From IMG/VR virus record IMGVR_UViG_3300020203_000008, positions 64,001-128,000 of that record: a DNA stretch of 64,000 nt; one strand, given 5' to 3'. Positions 55,502 to 63,798 of the stretch are shown here, piece after piece. The stretch's first letter is position 1. Each line of letters opens with the position of its first letter. The position numbers and the translations under genes were made by a program. Under the pieces are notes generated by a model. The model did no database searches, was not told the DNA's origin, and was given only the letters and a program-made list of their open reading frames with translations. Source of the stretch: a virus.

Positions 55502-56014
55502 CTAAGAGATCGGGAGTGGCAAAACCACGGAATCTGTTGCAGATGTTGCAAGCTGATGCTTCTCAAAGCCAGCCTCTAGAAGCCGGGACTTGACCAGAAA
55601 GTCATTCGGTAGGATCCCGTAAACCTCTTGCTCTAGGGTACGTTCGATTGCCCAACTATGATTTATGGGCACACCGAAATAGAATGCTTTGGTGTCGTAA
55701 TCCCAAGTGGGATCGTAAGCATTGCCTTGGCGATCAATAACCCAGGCATGCTGAATAGGGATAGCAAGATCTTCGCTGATCCCCCATCCCTCACAGTAGG
55801 TATAACGGCTGCTATCGACAAGAAGGGCATTCATGAAACAGAGCTTCTTCTCGCCGCGCTCAAGATCTGTCTCGCCTAGAGGACGACCTTGGAAGCCGTA
55901 ACCGTAGTGAAGGACGAGAGCTTCGTAGCTCTTGAATTGCAGGTTATCTCGTCCGTTCATGCCTTCTTGGAAGGAGGCTATGACTTCAAGATAGCGTTTC
56001 AGTTCCTGAATCAT
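55502..56014 (-). CDS. transglutaminase/papain-like Cys-His-Asp protein
   Basis: CFMNA, YCEG, HAW and DPTW motifs in triad order. Confidence 0.6.
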   Translation of the reverse strand: MIQELKRYLEVIASFQEGMNGRDNLQFKSYEALVLHYGYGFQGRPLGETDLERGEKKLCFMNALLVDSSRYTYCEGWGISEDLAIPIQHAWVIDRQGNAYDPTWDYDTKAFYFGVPINHSWAIERTLEQEVYGILPNDFLVKSRLLEAGFEKHQLATSATDSVVLPLPIS

Positions 56015-56339
56015 CGTCGTCAAGACCGATGCCCTCCTTGCCAACAAGATCCTCAAGGGTCTTCTTGAGTTTCTCGCCAGCGTTAGCGATCTTCTCGTCG
56101 TCGCGTTCCACTTGATCCATACGGGCGATCATCTCAAACTCCTCATCGATCTTGCGCTGTTCGGGATTTGAGAATGCCTTAGCGGGATCCAGAATGAACA
56201 TGGCTTGTGCCATGTGTGGCCCACCCTTCTCGGCGGGAATGGCAGCAAAGCCTGCAACTTCAAGGCCAAGCTCTTGTGCAACCTTGTTCAGGTTTTCTCG
56301 CAAAACCGCTAGGGCGTCCATCGGATTGTCAGACATCAT
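55986..56339 (-). CDS. hypothetical protein
   Basis: Coupled ORF on the arm strand. Confidence 0.6.
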   Translation of the reverse strand: MMSDNPMDALAVLRENLNKVAQELGLEVAGFAAIPAEKGGPHMAQAMFILDPAKAFSNPEQRKIDEEFEMIARMDQVERDDEKIANAGEKLKKTLEDLVGKEGIGLDDDDSGTETLS

Positions 56340-56607
56340 TAGCCCCCTTCGCTTCTTTGACGAAACCGAAAAGTTCCTTCAGCAGCTTGGCAGAAATACG
56401 TTTAAATTCGGCCTTCTGTTCGTCTGTCATGATGTTTGTCCATTGCAGGCCAATCTCTAGACCCGCCTTTTCAATCTTCTTGGAGTAGACCAAAAGCTTC
56501 GTCAAATCCTGGTCAATCATCTGAAGTTTCTGGGTGATCTCAGATTGCATCTTAATCTTGAGTTCCATGTCATCTTCGGTCAGGATTTTCTCGTCGCCAT
56601 CCGTCAT
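56329..56607 (-). CDS. hypothetical helical protein
   Basis: TAATG-coupled to the Ku gene. Confidence 0.6.
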   Translation of the reverse strand: MTDGDEKILTEDDMELKIKMQSEITQKLQMIDQDLTKLLVYSKKIEKAGLEIGLQWTNIMTDEQKAEFKRISAKLLKELFGFVKEAKGANDV

Positions 56608-57443
56608 TAGCTAGCCTTCTTTGCCGCTAGGGCAGCCAAAAGAACTGCCTCAAGGTCGTCATCAGACTTGGTAGCTGAGACTTCAGCCACAGGCTGATCT
56701 GAAGGTGCTCCACCAGTAGTCACCCAAGACACCAGATCGCTCAGACGCTTTCTGGAGCCCTTACGGTAGTCCTCCGGCTGGAACTCTGTCACTGACTGTT
56801 CCAGGAGGCTCTTAGCTGTCTCCAGAAGCGAGTTCTTAACTTCGATTTGCTGATCCTCAAAGGACTTGAGGTCCTCAGGCCAGACCAGTTCCTGCAAGAC
56901 AAGCTGATCGTTCAGGCCAAGCGTGACCTGGATGAGCTTGTCGTTCTTCCGCAGGTTCATCATTCCGATAAACACCAGTTCAGGATCTTGCTTCAGGATG
57001 TTCACCAGAACCGGGTAGAGCTTCCCACCATTGGCGGGACGAAACACGTAGGACGTGCCACTCTGGAAAGTGGAGTCCCGAACGTCGCTCAGACGGTGGA
57101 CGTTAAGCTCAAGCACGTTTGCCTCAAGCTCAGAGCCCTTAGCAAGCTCAACCTGCTCCTTAGTGAGCGGAATGATCTCGCCGTCGTCGTTCTCCTTACC
57201 CTTGGCAAGATCACCCATAGTGTGATCACTGTGCCCAGATTCCATGCAGCGGTAGAACTGCTTAACGGTACCGGGATAGCCACCGTCATTCAGAGCTACA
57301 CACTCGGGACAGAGTGAAACAAACTTCTCTTCTGAACCGGCACCAGTCACCTTAGCTGAAACAAGGTCACCAGTGACTTCCATGATGCCGAGAACAAGCG
57401 CCACACCCTTCTGGTATGCGCGATCCTTAACTGCTTTAGCCAT
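56607..57443 (-). CDS. ku: Ku-like dsDNA end-binding protein
   Basis: RAYQKG..LVLG, bridge with DLAKGKE...IPLT.E, YVFRP, LVWPEDL, FQPEDY and DDLEAVL, i.e. the bacterial Ku architecture. Confidence 0.78.
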   Translation of the reverse strand: MAKAVKDRAYQKGVALVLGIMEVTGDLVSAKVTGAGSEEKFVSLCPECVALNDGGYPGTVKQFYRCMESGHSDHTMGDLAKGKENDDGEIIPLTKEQVELAKGSELEANVLELNVHRLSDVRDSTFQSGTSYVFRPANGGKLYPVLVNILKQDPELVFIGMMNLRKNDKLIQVTLGLNDQLVLQELVWPEDLKSFEDQQIEVKNSLLETAKSLLEQSVTEFQPEDYRKGSRKRLSDLVSWVTTGGAPSDQPVAEVSATKSDDDLEAVLLAALAAKKAS

Positions 57444-57648
57444 GCTCTTGGAACCTCCTAAACATATTGAGATCGATTTTTACGGTTTCAGGCGGTGAGA
57501 CCACCTGCATAACACAAGTCACGGTACGGGTACCATGTTCTGAACATGGATAAAGACCACCGATGGTGACCTCTAGGTAATCTGAATCAAATTTACAGTC
57601 GCAATCTAGACGGACTTTCATAACGATCTCGTTTCCAAGATTGCCCAC
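57436..57648 (-). CDS. small Zn-binding-like protein
   Basis: CDC...CSEHG. Confidence 0.5.
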   Translation of the reverse strand: MGNLGNEIVMKVRLDCDCKFDSDYLEVTIGGLYPCSEHGTRTVTCVMQVVSPPETVKIDLNMFRRFQEHG

Positions 57649-57872
57649 TGTTGAGGCGTAAGAAATACTTTCTCGTCCTTAGCAACAATAGAAAGTGTTG
57701 CTCCTTCGATATCCCAGTCAACAGCAATGTCGGAGATATCAAGTTCTTTGCCGTTCACTGAGACAATAAGTGCGTAAAGGTTGCCGGAACGAACAGAAGG
57801 ATCACTGAGCGCACCCTGAAGAACCTCAGCCGCTTCTTGTGGCGTAAAAGTCTCATCCAACTCAAAGCTCAT
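57618..57872 (-). CDS. hypothetical protein
   Basis: GGAGGA RBS. Confidence 0.55.
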   Translation of the reverse strand: MSFELDETFTPQEAAEVLQGALSDPSVRSGNLYALIVSVNGKELDISDIAVDWDIEGATLSIVAKDEKVFLTPQQWAILETRSL

Positions 57873-58051
57873 TTAAATCCTCCATCTTCATCTAACCATG
57901 TAGATCCATTTCGAATCAGCCATGAACAAGTAGCGAGATGATATCGACGGTCTTCTAGCTTGTAAAGAGTGTTGCGGCGCTGTGCTAACGGAATAAGAGC
58001 GGCAGGGACTAAAGTGCTCCTACCTTGCAGGCGCTTCGGGGGAACTCTCAC
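57869..58051 (-). CDS. hypothetical protein
   Basis: Coupled on both sides. Confidence 0.45.
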   Translation of the reverse strand: MRVPPKRLQGRSTLVPAALIPLAQRRNTLYKLEDRRYHLATCSWLIRNGSTWLDEDGGFK

Positions 58052-58155
58052 AATGGAACTCCATCGTTCACCTTTGGGGTCTTAGCTATAATCACCCAGA
58101 ACAAAATCTGATATGGGATGAGCGTGACTATGAGATATAGCCAAATCTCGTCCAT
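58048..58155 (-). CDS. small membrane peptide (35 aa, not in ORF track)
   Basis: MDEIWLYLIVTLIPYQILFWVIIAKTPK... Confidence 0.45.
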   Translation of the reverse strand: MDEIWLYLIVTLIPYQILFWVIIAKTPKVNDGVPL

Positions 58156-58160
58156 GGGAC

Positions 58161-58373
58161 TCACAATTGAACTCCATGTGCTCGCAGCCACTTTTCAATC
58201 TGCTTAATACGTCGCATATCACCAGAGGTAAGAGCCGAAGTGAGAAACTCACCCGTTTTCGGGTCAGACCATCTCAAATGGTTTCCTCGCGTGATGGTGA
58301 CTTCAATGCCACCCTTGCGTGCCTTCCTGGCAAGCTTCTCAACGTCCTTGTTTGCACCTAGCTTTTGACTCAC
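58161..58373 (-). CDS. HicA-like toxin domain protein
   Basis: GIEVTITRGNHLRW...TSGDMRRIKQIEKWLRAHG fits the actinophage HicA-like pattern. Confidence 0.6.
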   Translation of the reverse strand: MSQKLGANKDVEKLARKARKGGIEVTITRGNHLRWSDPKTGEFLTSALTSGDMRRIKQIEKWLRAHGVQL

Positions 58374-58855
58374 TTGATCAACTCCTTAAACATTCGTTTC
58401 AGAGCCGAAATGGCCCCGTTAACCTCATCTGGCGTAGCAGTCAGATAAGGATAAAGCATATCCTCGACGGTACTTCGAATGTCACCGTGCATGCCACTAA
58501 GATCATCAGCGGACCAGGCGTAGCCCCCCCACGACAACAAGATAGCTGAGTTGCACGACAACAAGATAGCTGAGTTGCCGGGCAGGTAGAAATCAACTTG
58601 AGTGCTATCAACTGTTACCCATGTGTCACACTTTGTGCAGGTCAGTTTCTCGATGCAGATAAAGAATACCAAATAGTTACTGATATCACCATAAGTGCCG
58701 AGGTAGTCTACAAAGGAGAGTTCCTTGCCTTCCTGACTGAAAAAGGGACTTTCGGCGTACTTCTCTTCAGTGTCCCATTGAGATAGGTAGTCTTCGGTCA
58801 TTGAGTAGTCGTAGTCTTCTCCAATAACTACTCTGAGGTTATCAAAATAGGTCAT
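58370..58855 (-). CDS. hypothetical protein with C-terminal tag helix
   Basis: CTKC motif; C-terminal TPDEVNGAISALKRMFKEL; contains a 24-bp duplication. Confidence 0.6.
   Translation of the reverse strand: MTYFDNLRVVIGEDYDYSMTEDYLSQWDTEEKYAESPFFSQEGKELSFVDYLGTYGDISNYLVFFICIEKLTCTKCDTWVTVDSTQVDFYLPGNSAILLSCNSAILLSWGGYAWSADDLSGMHGDIRSTVEDMLYPYLTATPDEVNGAISALKRMFKELIK
58530..58577. repeat. perfect 24-bp tandem duplication
   Basis: cacgacaacaagatagctgagttg x2. Confidence 0.9.
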
Positions 58856-58862
58856 CGTCCTC

Positions 58863-59405
58863 CTATACGGTAATAGCCTTAGGCTCAGGCAGAAGCTCAG
58901 CTACCGTAGGGATACGCTCCAAGAAGGACTTAGCTGCATCAGATTGCAATGCATCAATTGAGATTTCCTTCTGAAGATCCACACTCTGTCGATCAACGGC
59001 AATGACAGCACGGGCATAGTCGTTGGACAGTTTGGCCTCAAGACGCTGAAGGTCCTCACGGACACTTCGCTTGATAACGGTCACTTGGGTTACGTTATCG
59101 TGACGAATGCCGGAGCCGAAGGTAATGAAATAACCCATTTCCTCATACTCAGCACCCAAGGCTCGTGCAGCCATCACTTCCTTCTTGGCCTTCAAAAGAT
59201 GCTTCTGAAGGTCCTTCTGGATGGTCTTAATCTGCGTGTCGCTGTCATTCTGGTAAGCCTGGGTGAGAGACAAAGCAAGCTCATCCCTCCGGACCTTAAG
59301 CTCTGCCTTGAGGATTTCAAAGTCGCGCTTAATGATGCTACGAAGCTCGCGTCGTTCAGTAGGGCTCATAACCCCAGGTTCAGTCTTTGCCATAATAACC
59401 TCCAA
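58863..59405 (-). CDS. coiled-coil protein
   Basis: MSPTERRELRSII...LQSDAAKSFLERIPTVAELLP. Confidence 0.65.
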   Translation of the reverse strand: MEVIMAKTEPGVMSPTERRELRSIIKRDFEILKAELKVRRDELALSLTQAYQNDSDTQIKTIQKDLQKHLLKAKKEVMAARALGAEYEEMGYFITFGSGIRHDNVTQVTVIKRSVREDLQRLEAKLSNDYARAVIAVDRQSVDLQKEISIDALQSDAAKSFLERIPTVAELLPEPKAITV

Positions 59406-59419
59406 TTAGATAGTAAAAA

Positions 59420-59485
59420 TCACTCCGGGGGGAACGGACGCTGGGAAGCGTATGAGGGCGGACCTAATCCGTTCCCCCCAAAGTG
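59420..59485. other. branched intergenic stem-loop
   Basis: 11-bp GGGGGAACGGA/TCCGTTCCCCC enclosing CGCT-GGGA-AGCG and AGG-GCGGA-CCT; outer TCACT/AGTGA. Confidence 0.5.
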
Positions 59486-59489
59486 AAAC

Positions 59490-59690
59490 TTAGACCTCTG
59501 CTCTCACCAGGAAAACATCGGAAAGCGGGTTACGCACGATTTGACTGATCGCGCCTTGCGTGAGCGAGTAACGCTTCGCAACGGTCGTTTGCGGCTTACC
59601 CTGCTCGATTACCAGCTTCTTGATCCGAGCATTACGCTTAGCGATCTTCTCGGAGCGAGCCGGGTTACGGGGCATTGTAACGGACATCAT
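59490..59690 (-). CDS. small HTH protein
   Basis: RNARIKKL...PQTTVAKRYSLTQGAISQIV. Confidence 0.7.
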   Translation of the reverse strand: MMSVTMPRNPARSEKIAKRNARIKKLVIEQGKPQTTVAKRYSLTQGAISQIVRNPLSDVFLVRAEV

Positions 59691-59960
59691 TCACCTCCTT
59701 GAATTACGGTAAAGTTCGATTGTTTTCTTGTAGGTCTCAACGATTTCTTTGTAACCCTCAATGGTTTCTTTGTAGCTCTCGATAATTCGGTCGGTGAAGA
59801 ACTCATAAAAGCAAACCATCCCCCACGCGATTCCAGTGTAAAACCATGGGATGATGGCACCACCGAGGATTGTGTTGATGGCTGCTAGAGAAAGAAACCA
59901 AATAGCGAGCCAGAAGGTGAAATACCCATAAAGGGGCTTTAACTTCTTTTTAGATCCCAT
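59691..59960 (-). CDS. membrane protein
   Basis: Two TM segments, then a YKETIEG heptad repeat. Confidence 0.55.
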   Translation of the reverse strand: MGSKKKLKPLYGYFTFWLAIWFLSLAAINTILGGAIIPWFYTGIAWGMVCFYEFFTDRIIESYKETIEGYKEIVETYKKTIELYRNSRR

Positions 59961-60186
59961 AGTTTTCTCCATTATTGAGATTTCCAAAGTCCTGGTAGAA
60001 CCTCCCTGCTCGAATCTCGGCGATGCGGGCCAGCACGTCAGCGTCACCAGGGACGCGTCGTGGGTCGGCGAAGCCGGTGGCGTTGCAGAGCGGGCATACC
60101 GTGGTGGCGGTCTGGTCAACCGGGTCACCCCAGATGACGCCGTCGCCGTTGCACTCGGGGCACGGGAGCGGTGCTTTGACGAACAT
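59950..60186 (-). CDS. DnaJ-type Cys-rich Zn finger protein (GC-rich islet)
   Basis: CPECNGDG and CPLCNATG. Confidence 0.6.
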   Translation of the reverse strand: MFVKAPLPCPECNGDGVIWGDPVDQTATTVCPLCNATGFADPRRVPGDADVLARIAEIRAGRFYQDFGNLNNGENYGI

Positions 60187-60210
60187 CAGGTCTCCTGTTC
60201 CTCCACTTCT

Positions 60211-60405
60211 TCAGGATGCATCAGGAACCTCGACCTCAGCCGAGATAGGGATGGAGAGGGTAGTGGGTGACATCTGGCAGTTATCCATTTCAATCGTCCA
60301 CTCATAGAAGTCACCCTCCCAACCGGGAGCAAGCTCTCCAACTTCCTCGCACAACAGATCAAAAAGCGTCTCGCTCATGACCTGAAGAACTTCCTTTTTA
60401 GCCAT
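60211..60405 (-). CDS. hypothetical acidic protein
   Basis: TAATG-coupled. Confidence 0.55.
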   Translation of the reverse strand: MAKKEVLQVMSETLFDLLCEEVGELAPGWEGDFYEWTIEMDNCQMSPTTLSIPISAEVEVPDAS

Positions 60406-60776
60406 TAATCCTTCTCTTTCTCGTGATTTACCATGATTCTTTCAATTGTAAGATCCGTTGGGTTAAGTCGAAGTATGTCAATGCTATCGGCGTCCTCATC
60501 AGCATCTGCCCACCACTCTTTTGCCTGCTTAATGGCTTCCTCTTCAGTGGCAAAAACTACGTATGATGGAGCTTCATAGCCGCCAGTCCAGGCGACGATA
60601 AAGACTAGCTCTCCAATTTTTTCGGGTTCGTTCCAGTATTCGTCGTTGATCACGATTTCTAGTGCGTCTTGCGTTTTTGCTGCCCAGGTTTGGAGAGCGG
60701 ACGGAAGATCGAAGTACTTCTCTTCGATGGCGTCTGCTGCTGATCGCAGCACCGCTAGGAACTGTTCCTCTGTCAT
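60405..60776 (-). CDS. hypothetical acidic protein
   Basis: VFATEEEAIKQA motif; GAGGA RBS. Confidence 0.6.
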   Translation of the reverse strand: MTEEQFLAVLRSAADAIEEKYFDLPSALQTWAAKTQDALEIVINDEYWNEPEKIGELVFIVAWTGGYEAPSYVVFATEEEAIKQAKEWWADADEDADSIDILRLNPTDLTIERIMVNHEKEKD

Positions 60777-60924
60777 TCGTGATCCTCTTGGACGATTGTG
60801 ATATCGAACTGAGCGATAGGGACACCCATAGCCTCAGCCGACTCAAGCACAAAGTCCGACGCGCCATTCTCACTAGAGAATGAATACGGGATCTTAAAAC
60901 GATGATGCGTTACGACCCATTGCT

Positions 60925-61170
60925 TCATAGATTACCTCTATCACTAGAAATTTTGGCACCTTCAATAGCTTTTCGTTCTAGAACTTTAGCCCTACCATTC
61001 CAAATGGTATCACCAGCCTTAAAGGACTGAGCGCAACCCTGTTGGGCTGCACAATAGATCGTTTCAAACTCGTATGTGCAGTTAGTGCCGGGGATGGTAT
61101 CCCGGATTACAAAAAGGTGTGTGGCCTCGATTTTCTGGCATTTTTGGCATTTCTTGTCAGTTGTTTTCAT
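60925..61170 (-). CDS. small Cys-rich protein
   Basis: CQKC...C...C. Confidence 0.5.
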   Translation of the reverse strand: MKTTDKKCQKCQKIEATHLFVIRDTIPGTNCTYEFETIYCAAQQGCAQSFKAGDTIWNGRAKVLERKAIEGAKISSDRGNL

Positions 61171-61495
61171 TTAGATATTCCTCAAAACGTACATCTGTCT
61201 CGCCCATAGCTAAAACACGGTCGGCATCAGAAAGAACAACATATTCCCATGGAGATACGATAATTTCTCGTTTCTGCATGATATGTTCGGTGTCTGTATA
61301 GCATTCAATGCTAGAGGCGCGATAAACGCCTCCAGGGTTACCTCGGGCTACATAAGCGCGGCATTTAATACCCGCACTATCCTGATAGCCAATTTCTTCT
61401 CTCGCCTCTTCTTCGGTGGTAAAGTTTACGCGATCCCACCAATCTATACGGCCGTCAGCGTACTTTCGACCGACTCGCCATTGCGTTTCGTTCAA
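61157..61495 (-). CDS. hypothetical protein
   Basis: FTTEEEAREE motif; GAAGG RBS. Confidence 0.55.
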   Translation of the reverse strand: MNETQWRVGRKYADGRIDWWDRVNFTTEEEAREEIGYQDSAGIKCRAYVARGNPGGVYRASSIECYTDTEHIMQKREIIVSPWEYVVLSDADRVLAMGETDVRFEEYLNENN

Positions 61496-61611
61496 CGCAT
61501 ACCTTCCTTTATAAACTTGCCCACAATCAGGGTCAGGAAAGTAACGCCCAGTAGAATTACTGCGATAATGACTGTCCAGTTCATAAGCCCTCGCGAAGCT
61601 AGATGGATGGG

Positions 61612-61953
61612 TTAGTCTTCATAGTCTTCAATGTCTGAGATGTAGTCATCAAGGTCGGCTTGACTCTCAAAATCTGAGGAGTGGCTGCCGCAGTCGTGTG
61701 GAGCATCAAAAAGGCAACCGCAAGAGAGACGCTCTGAGGCTGCCGCTTGATCGAGCACAGAAAGCTCTGTGCCCTTGTCGTAGAGGATCTGAGTAAAGAT
61801 CCCAGAGCCGATCTGAAAGTTTCCCTTAACGATGATTTCGTCGTTGTAGGGATAGTCTCGGGAGTTGAGAACGGTGTCCTCGACGGTTCCGAGTTCTTCG
61901 ATCACGTCTCCGGGCTCTAGGTCTTCAACTGCTGTGAGAATATAATCGCTCAT
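61612..61953 (-). CDS. hypothetical protein
   Basis: VEDLEPGDVI; CGC..H.C; acidic tail. Confidence 0.6.
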   Translation of the reverse strand: MSDYILTAVEDLEPGDVIEELGTVEDTVLNSRDYPYNDEIIVKGNFQIGSGIFTQILYDKGTELSVLDQAAASERLSCGCLFDAPHDCGSHSSDFESQADLDDYISDIEDYED

Positions 61954-61954
61954 C

Positions 61955-62146
61955 TTAAACCCCCTTGGGCTTCGTTGTCACTTCTCGAAGGGCAGTCTCA
62001 GCCAGATCGGCTCGGAGCTTCTCTGCCTTCAGCTCTTTCTCAAGCCGGGCAATCGTCAGCTCACGTTCCTCAATCTTGGTTAAGAGGATTCTTTCTGCTC
62101 GGGCCAGCCTCTGTTGAAGGTGAAGGCGGTCCTCCCAAAGGTCCAT
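61955..62146 (-). CDS. coiled-coil protein
   Basis: TAATG-coupled. Confidence 0.55.
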   Translation of the reverse strand: MDLWEDRLHLQQRLARAERILLTKIEERELTIARLEKELKAEKLRADLAETALREVTTKPKGV

Positions 62147-62343
62147 TATGAGTTAACCGCCTTGGTAACGGCAGTCTCAATATTACCGATGGCATCCCAA
62201 AGGAGCTTGTGCTCATCTTCGGTCTTTCGTCCTTCTGCCTTGTCAGCGGAGGACATAATCAAACGGTCGGAAAGAGCTTGGAGAATAAGCCTGCCGTCTG
62301 ACCGCTTAACCTTAATGGTAATTGGGTCGTCGTTACGCCACAT
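62146..62343 (-). CDS. hypothetical protein
   Basis: GAGGA RBS; coupled. Confidence 0.55.
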   Translation of the reverse strand: MWRNDDPITIKVKRSDGRLILQALSDRLIMSSADKAEGRKTEDEHKLLWDAIGNIETAVTKAVNS

Positions 62344-62605
62344 TAGCGTCCTCGTTTGACGCTACGAGCGGGCTTCAGTGGGGTGGGGTTGACCTTCCAG
62401 TGTCCGAATAGGAAGGCGTGGGTAGAGTTCCAGAACGTGCGAGTAATCATGTTGCTCCTTCAGTAATATGCATTCTCATGTCAGGCTCCCTTTGCCTTTT
62501 CCAGGCAATCGAAAGAACAGAAGGTTCCGAGTTTGTTAATGATTACGCTCAGACCGCCTTCACCCTCCAACGAGGTATTACACTGAGCGCACTTCTCTGT
62601 CTTCT

Positions 62606-62845
62606 TCATGCTGAAACACCGTGATAGAGGCGACGAGAATCGTCATGGAAAACGGGCTCGTTGTTCTCAAAAGTAATCCCGGTACCGGGGAGATACGAGA
62701 AGCCCCGATAGGCGTCAGCCTTATGCAACAGTTGCTCCACAATAAAGGCAACCGAATGACGATGCTCTACCATCTCATCGGTGCTGTTGGCAAGAGCATT
62801 ATTCGCCACTTCCAACAGTTCAGTAATCTTGATTGTCTTTCTCAC
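62606..62845 (-). CDS. hypothetical protein
   Basis: MRKTIKI...LLHKADAYRGFSYL...DDSRR, a pattern recurrent in small phage proteins. Confidence 0.6.
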   Translation of the reverse strand: MRKTIKITELLEVANNALANSTDEMVEHRHSVAFIVEQLLHKADAYRGFSYLPGTGITFENNEPVFHDDSRRLYHGVSA

Positions 62846-63036
62846 TTGTTGTTCATCTCCTTAAGTTTTTCGCCATAACGGATATGAGCGTCTTTGATAG
62901 CCGAAGTGAATTCTTCTGCAATAAGAACGCGGTACTCATCACGGTGAATAGCTATACAATCCTCACAAGTCAGAGGGTTATCCTGGTCGCTTGTCCAGCT
63001 ATAGTCACCGCACTTAAAGAACGCAATCAACTTCAC
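62842..63036 (-). CDS. hypothetical protein
   Basis: Coupled ORF; C..CxxC. Confidence 0.5.
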   Translation of the reverse strand: MKLIAFFKCGDYSWTSDQDNPLTCEDCIAIHRDEYRVLIAEEFTSAIKDAHIRYGEKLKEMNNK

Positions 63037-63230
63037 TCAACCTTCTCCTTCTCGGGTCGACGGCCGGTTCCGTCGCATCGACCTTCGTGGTAGCGGAGGC
63101 AGCGGAAGCAGCGGAAGATCTCGGTGGGCACGCCGTTGTTGTCGGGCACGTTGATCCCTAGCTTGTTCGGATGGAACTTCATGTTCGGCTCCTCGGGCGG
63201 GTAGGGGACGGTGGCCGGGTCGTCACGCAC
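63033..63230 (-). CDS. small Cys/His protein (GC-rich islet)
   Basis: CFRC..H...C. Confidence 0.5.
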   Translation of the reverse strand: MRDDPATVPYPPEEPNMKFHPNKLGINVPDNNGVPTEIFRCFRCLRYHEGRCDGTGRRPEKEKVE

Positions 63231-63275
63231 GAAAATGCCAAGCGTTGTCTGATACCCGCAATACGCGCAACGGGC

Positions 63276-63620
63276 TCACTCGTGTTCCAACTCCTTCGCG
63301 TTCTTCAACAGCTTACGCTTAGCCTTAGCGATTTCTCGTGGAGTGAGGGGAAGCTCACGGATGATATGGAACTCAGAAAGCTTCCGCATAAAGACCTTTA
63401 CGGAGACTCGCTTGTGAATGTTTCCTCCGTCAATTATGTTGAGGTGCTTACTTGTGGTCGGTCCCCAATCGTTCTCGCAGACCCACAAGGATCGTCCACC
63501 TTCTTCATCGTAGTAGTGGAATGCAATAGGCGTGCGATAGGAGAACCAGATTGTCAGGTCTCCGAAATCGACGCTAACGAAGTTAGGTCGCTCATTGGGG
63601 TGGTATGCGCTAGGATCCAT
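63276..63620 (-). CDS. hypothetical protein with C-terminal tag helix
   Basis: WFSYRTPIAF...N.WGPTTSKHLN core; C-terminal TPREIAKAKRKLLKNAKEL. Confidence 0.65.
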   Translation of the reverse strand: MDPSAYHPNERPNFVSVDFGDLTIWFSYRTPIAFHYYDEEGGRSLWVCENDWGPTTSKHLNIIDGGNIHKRVSVKVFMRKLSEFHIIRELPLTPREIAKAKRKLLKNAKELEHE

Positions 63621-63798
63621 TAGTAAGTGCCCCTACAGCGGCACCTTCAAGAACATAGGCGAGCGTATCGTTGAAAAAGAATCGTAGCGAAGGAACGGAA
63701 ACGTTAGCCTCAAAGTCAAGGTGAACGTTAAGTCCGCCATCAGTGGCGCGATCCAAGCTAATCTCAATTCCTTCTTCGGTAACCAGTTTATTCGTCAT
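63610..63798 (-). CDS. hypothetical protein
   Basis: AAGGAG RBS. Confidence 0.55.
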   Translation of the reverse strand: MTNKLVTEEGIEISLDRATDGGLNVHLDFEANVSVPSLRFFFNDTLAYVLEGAAVGALTNGS

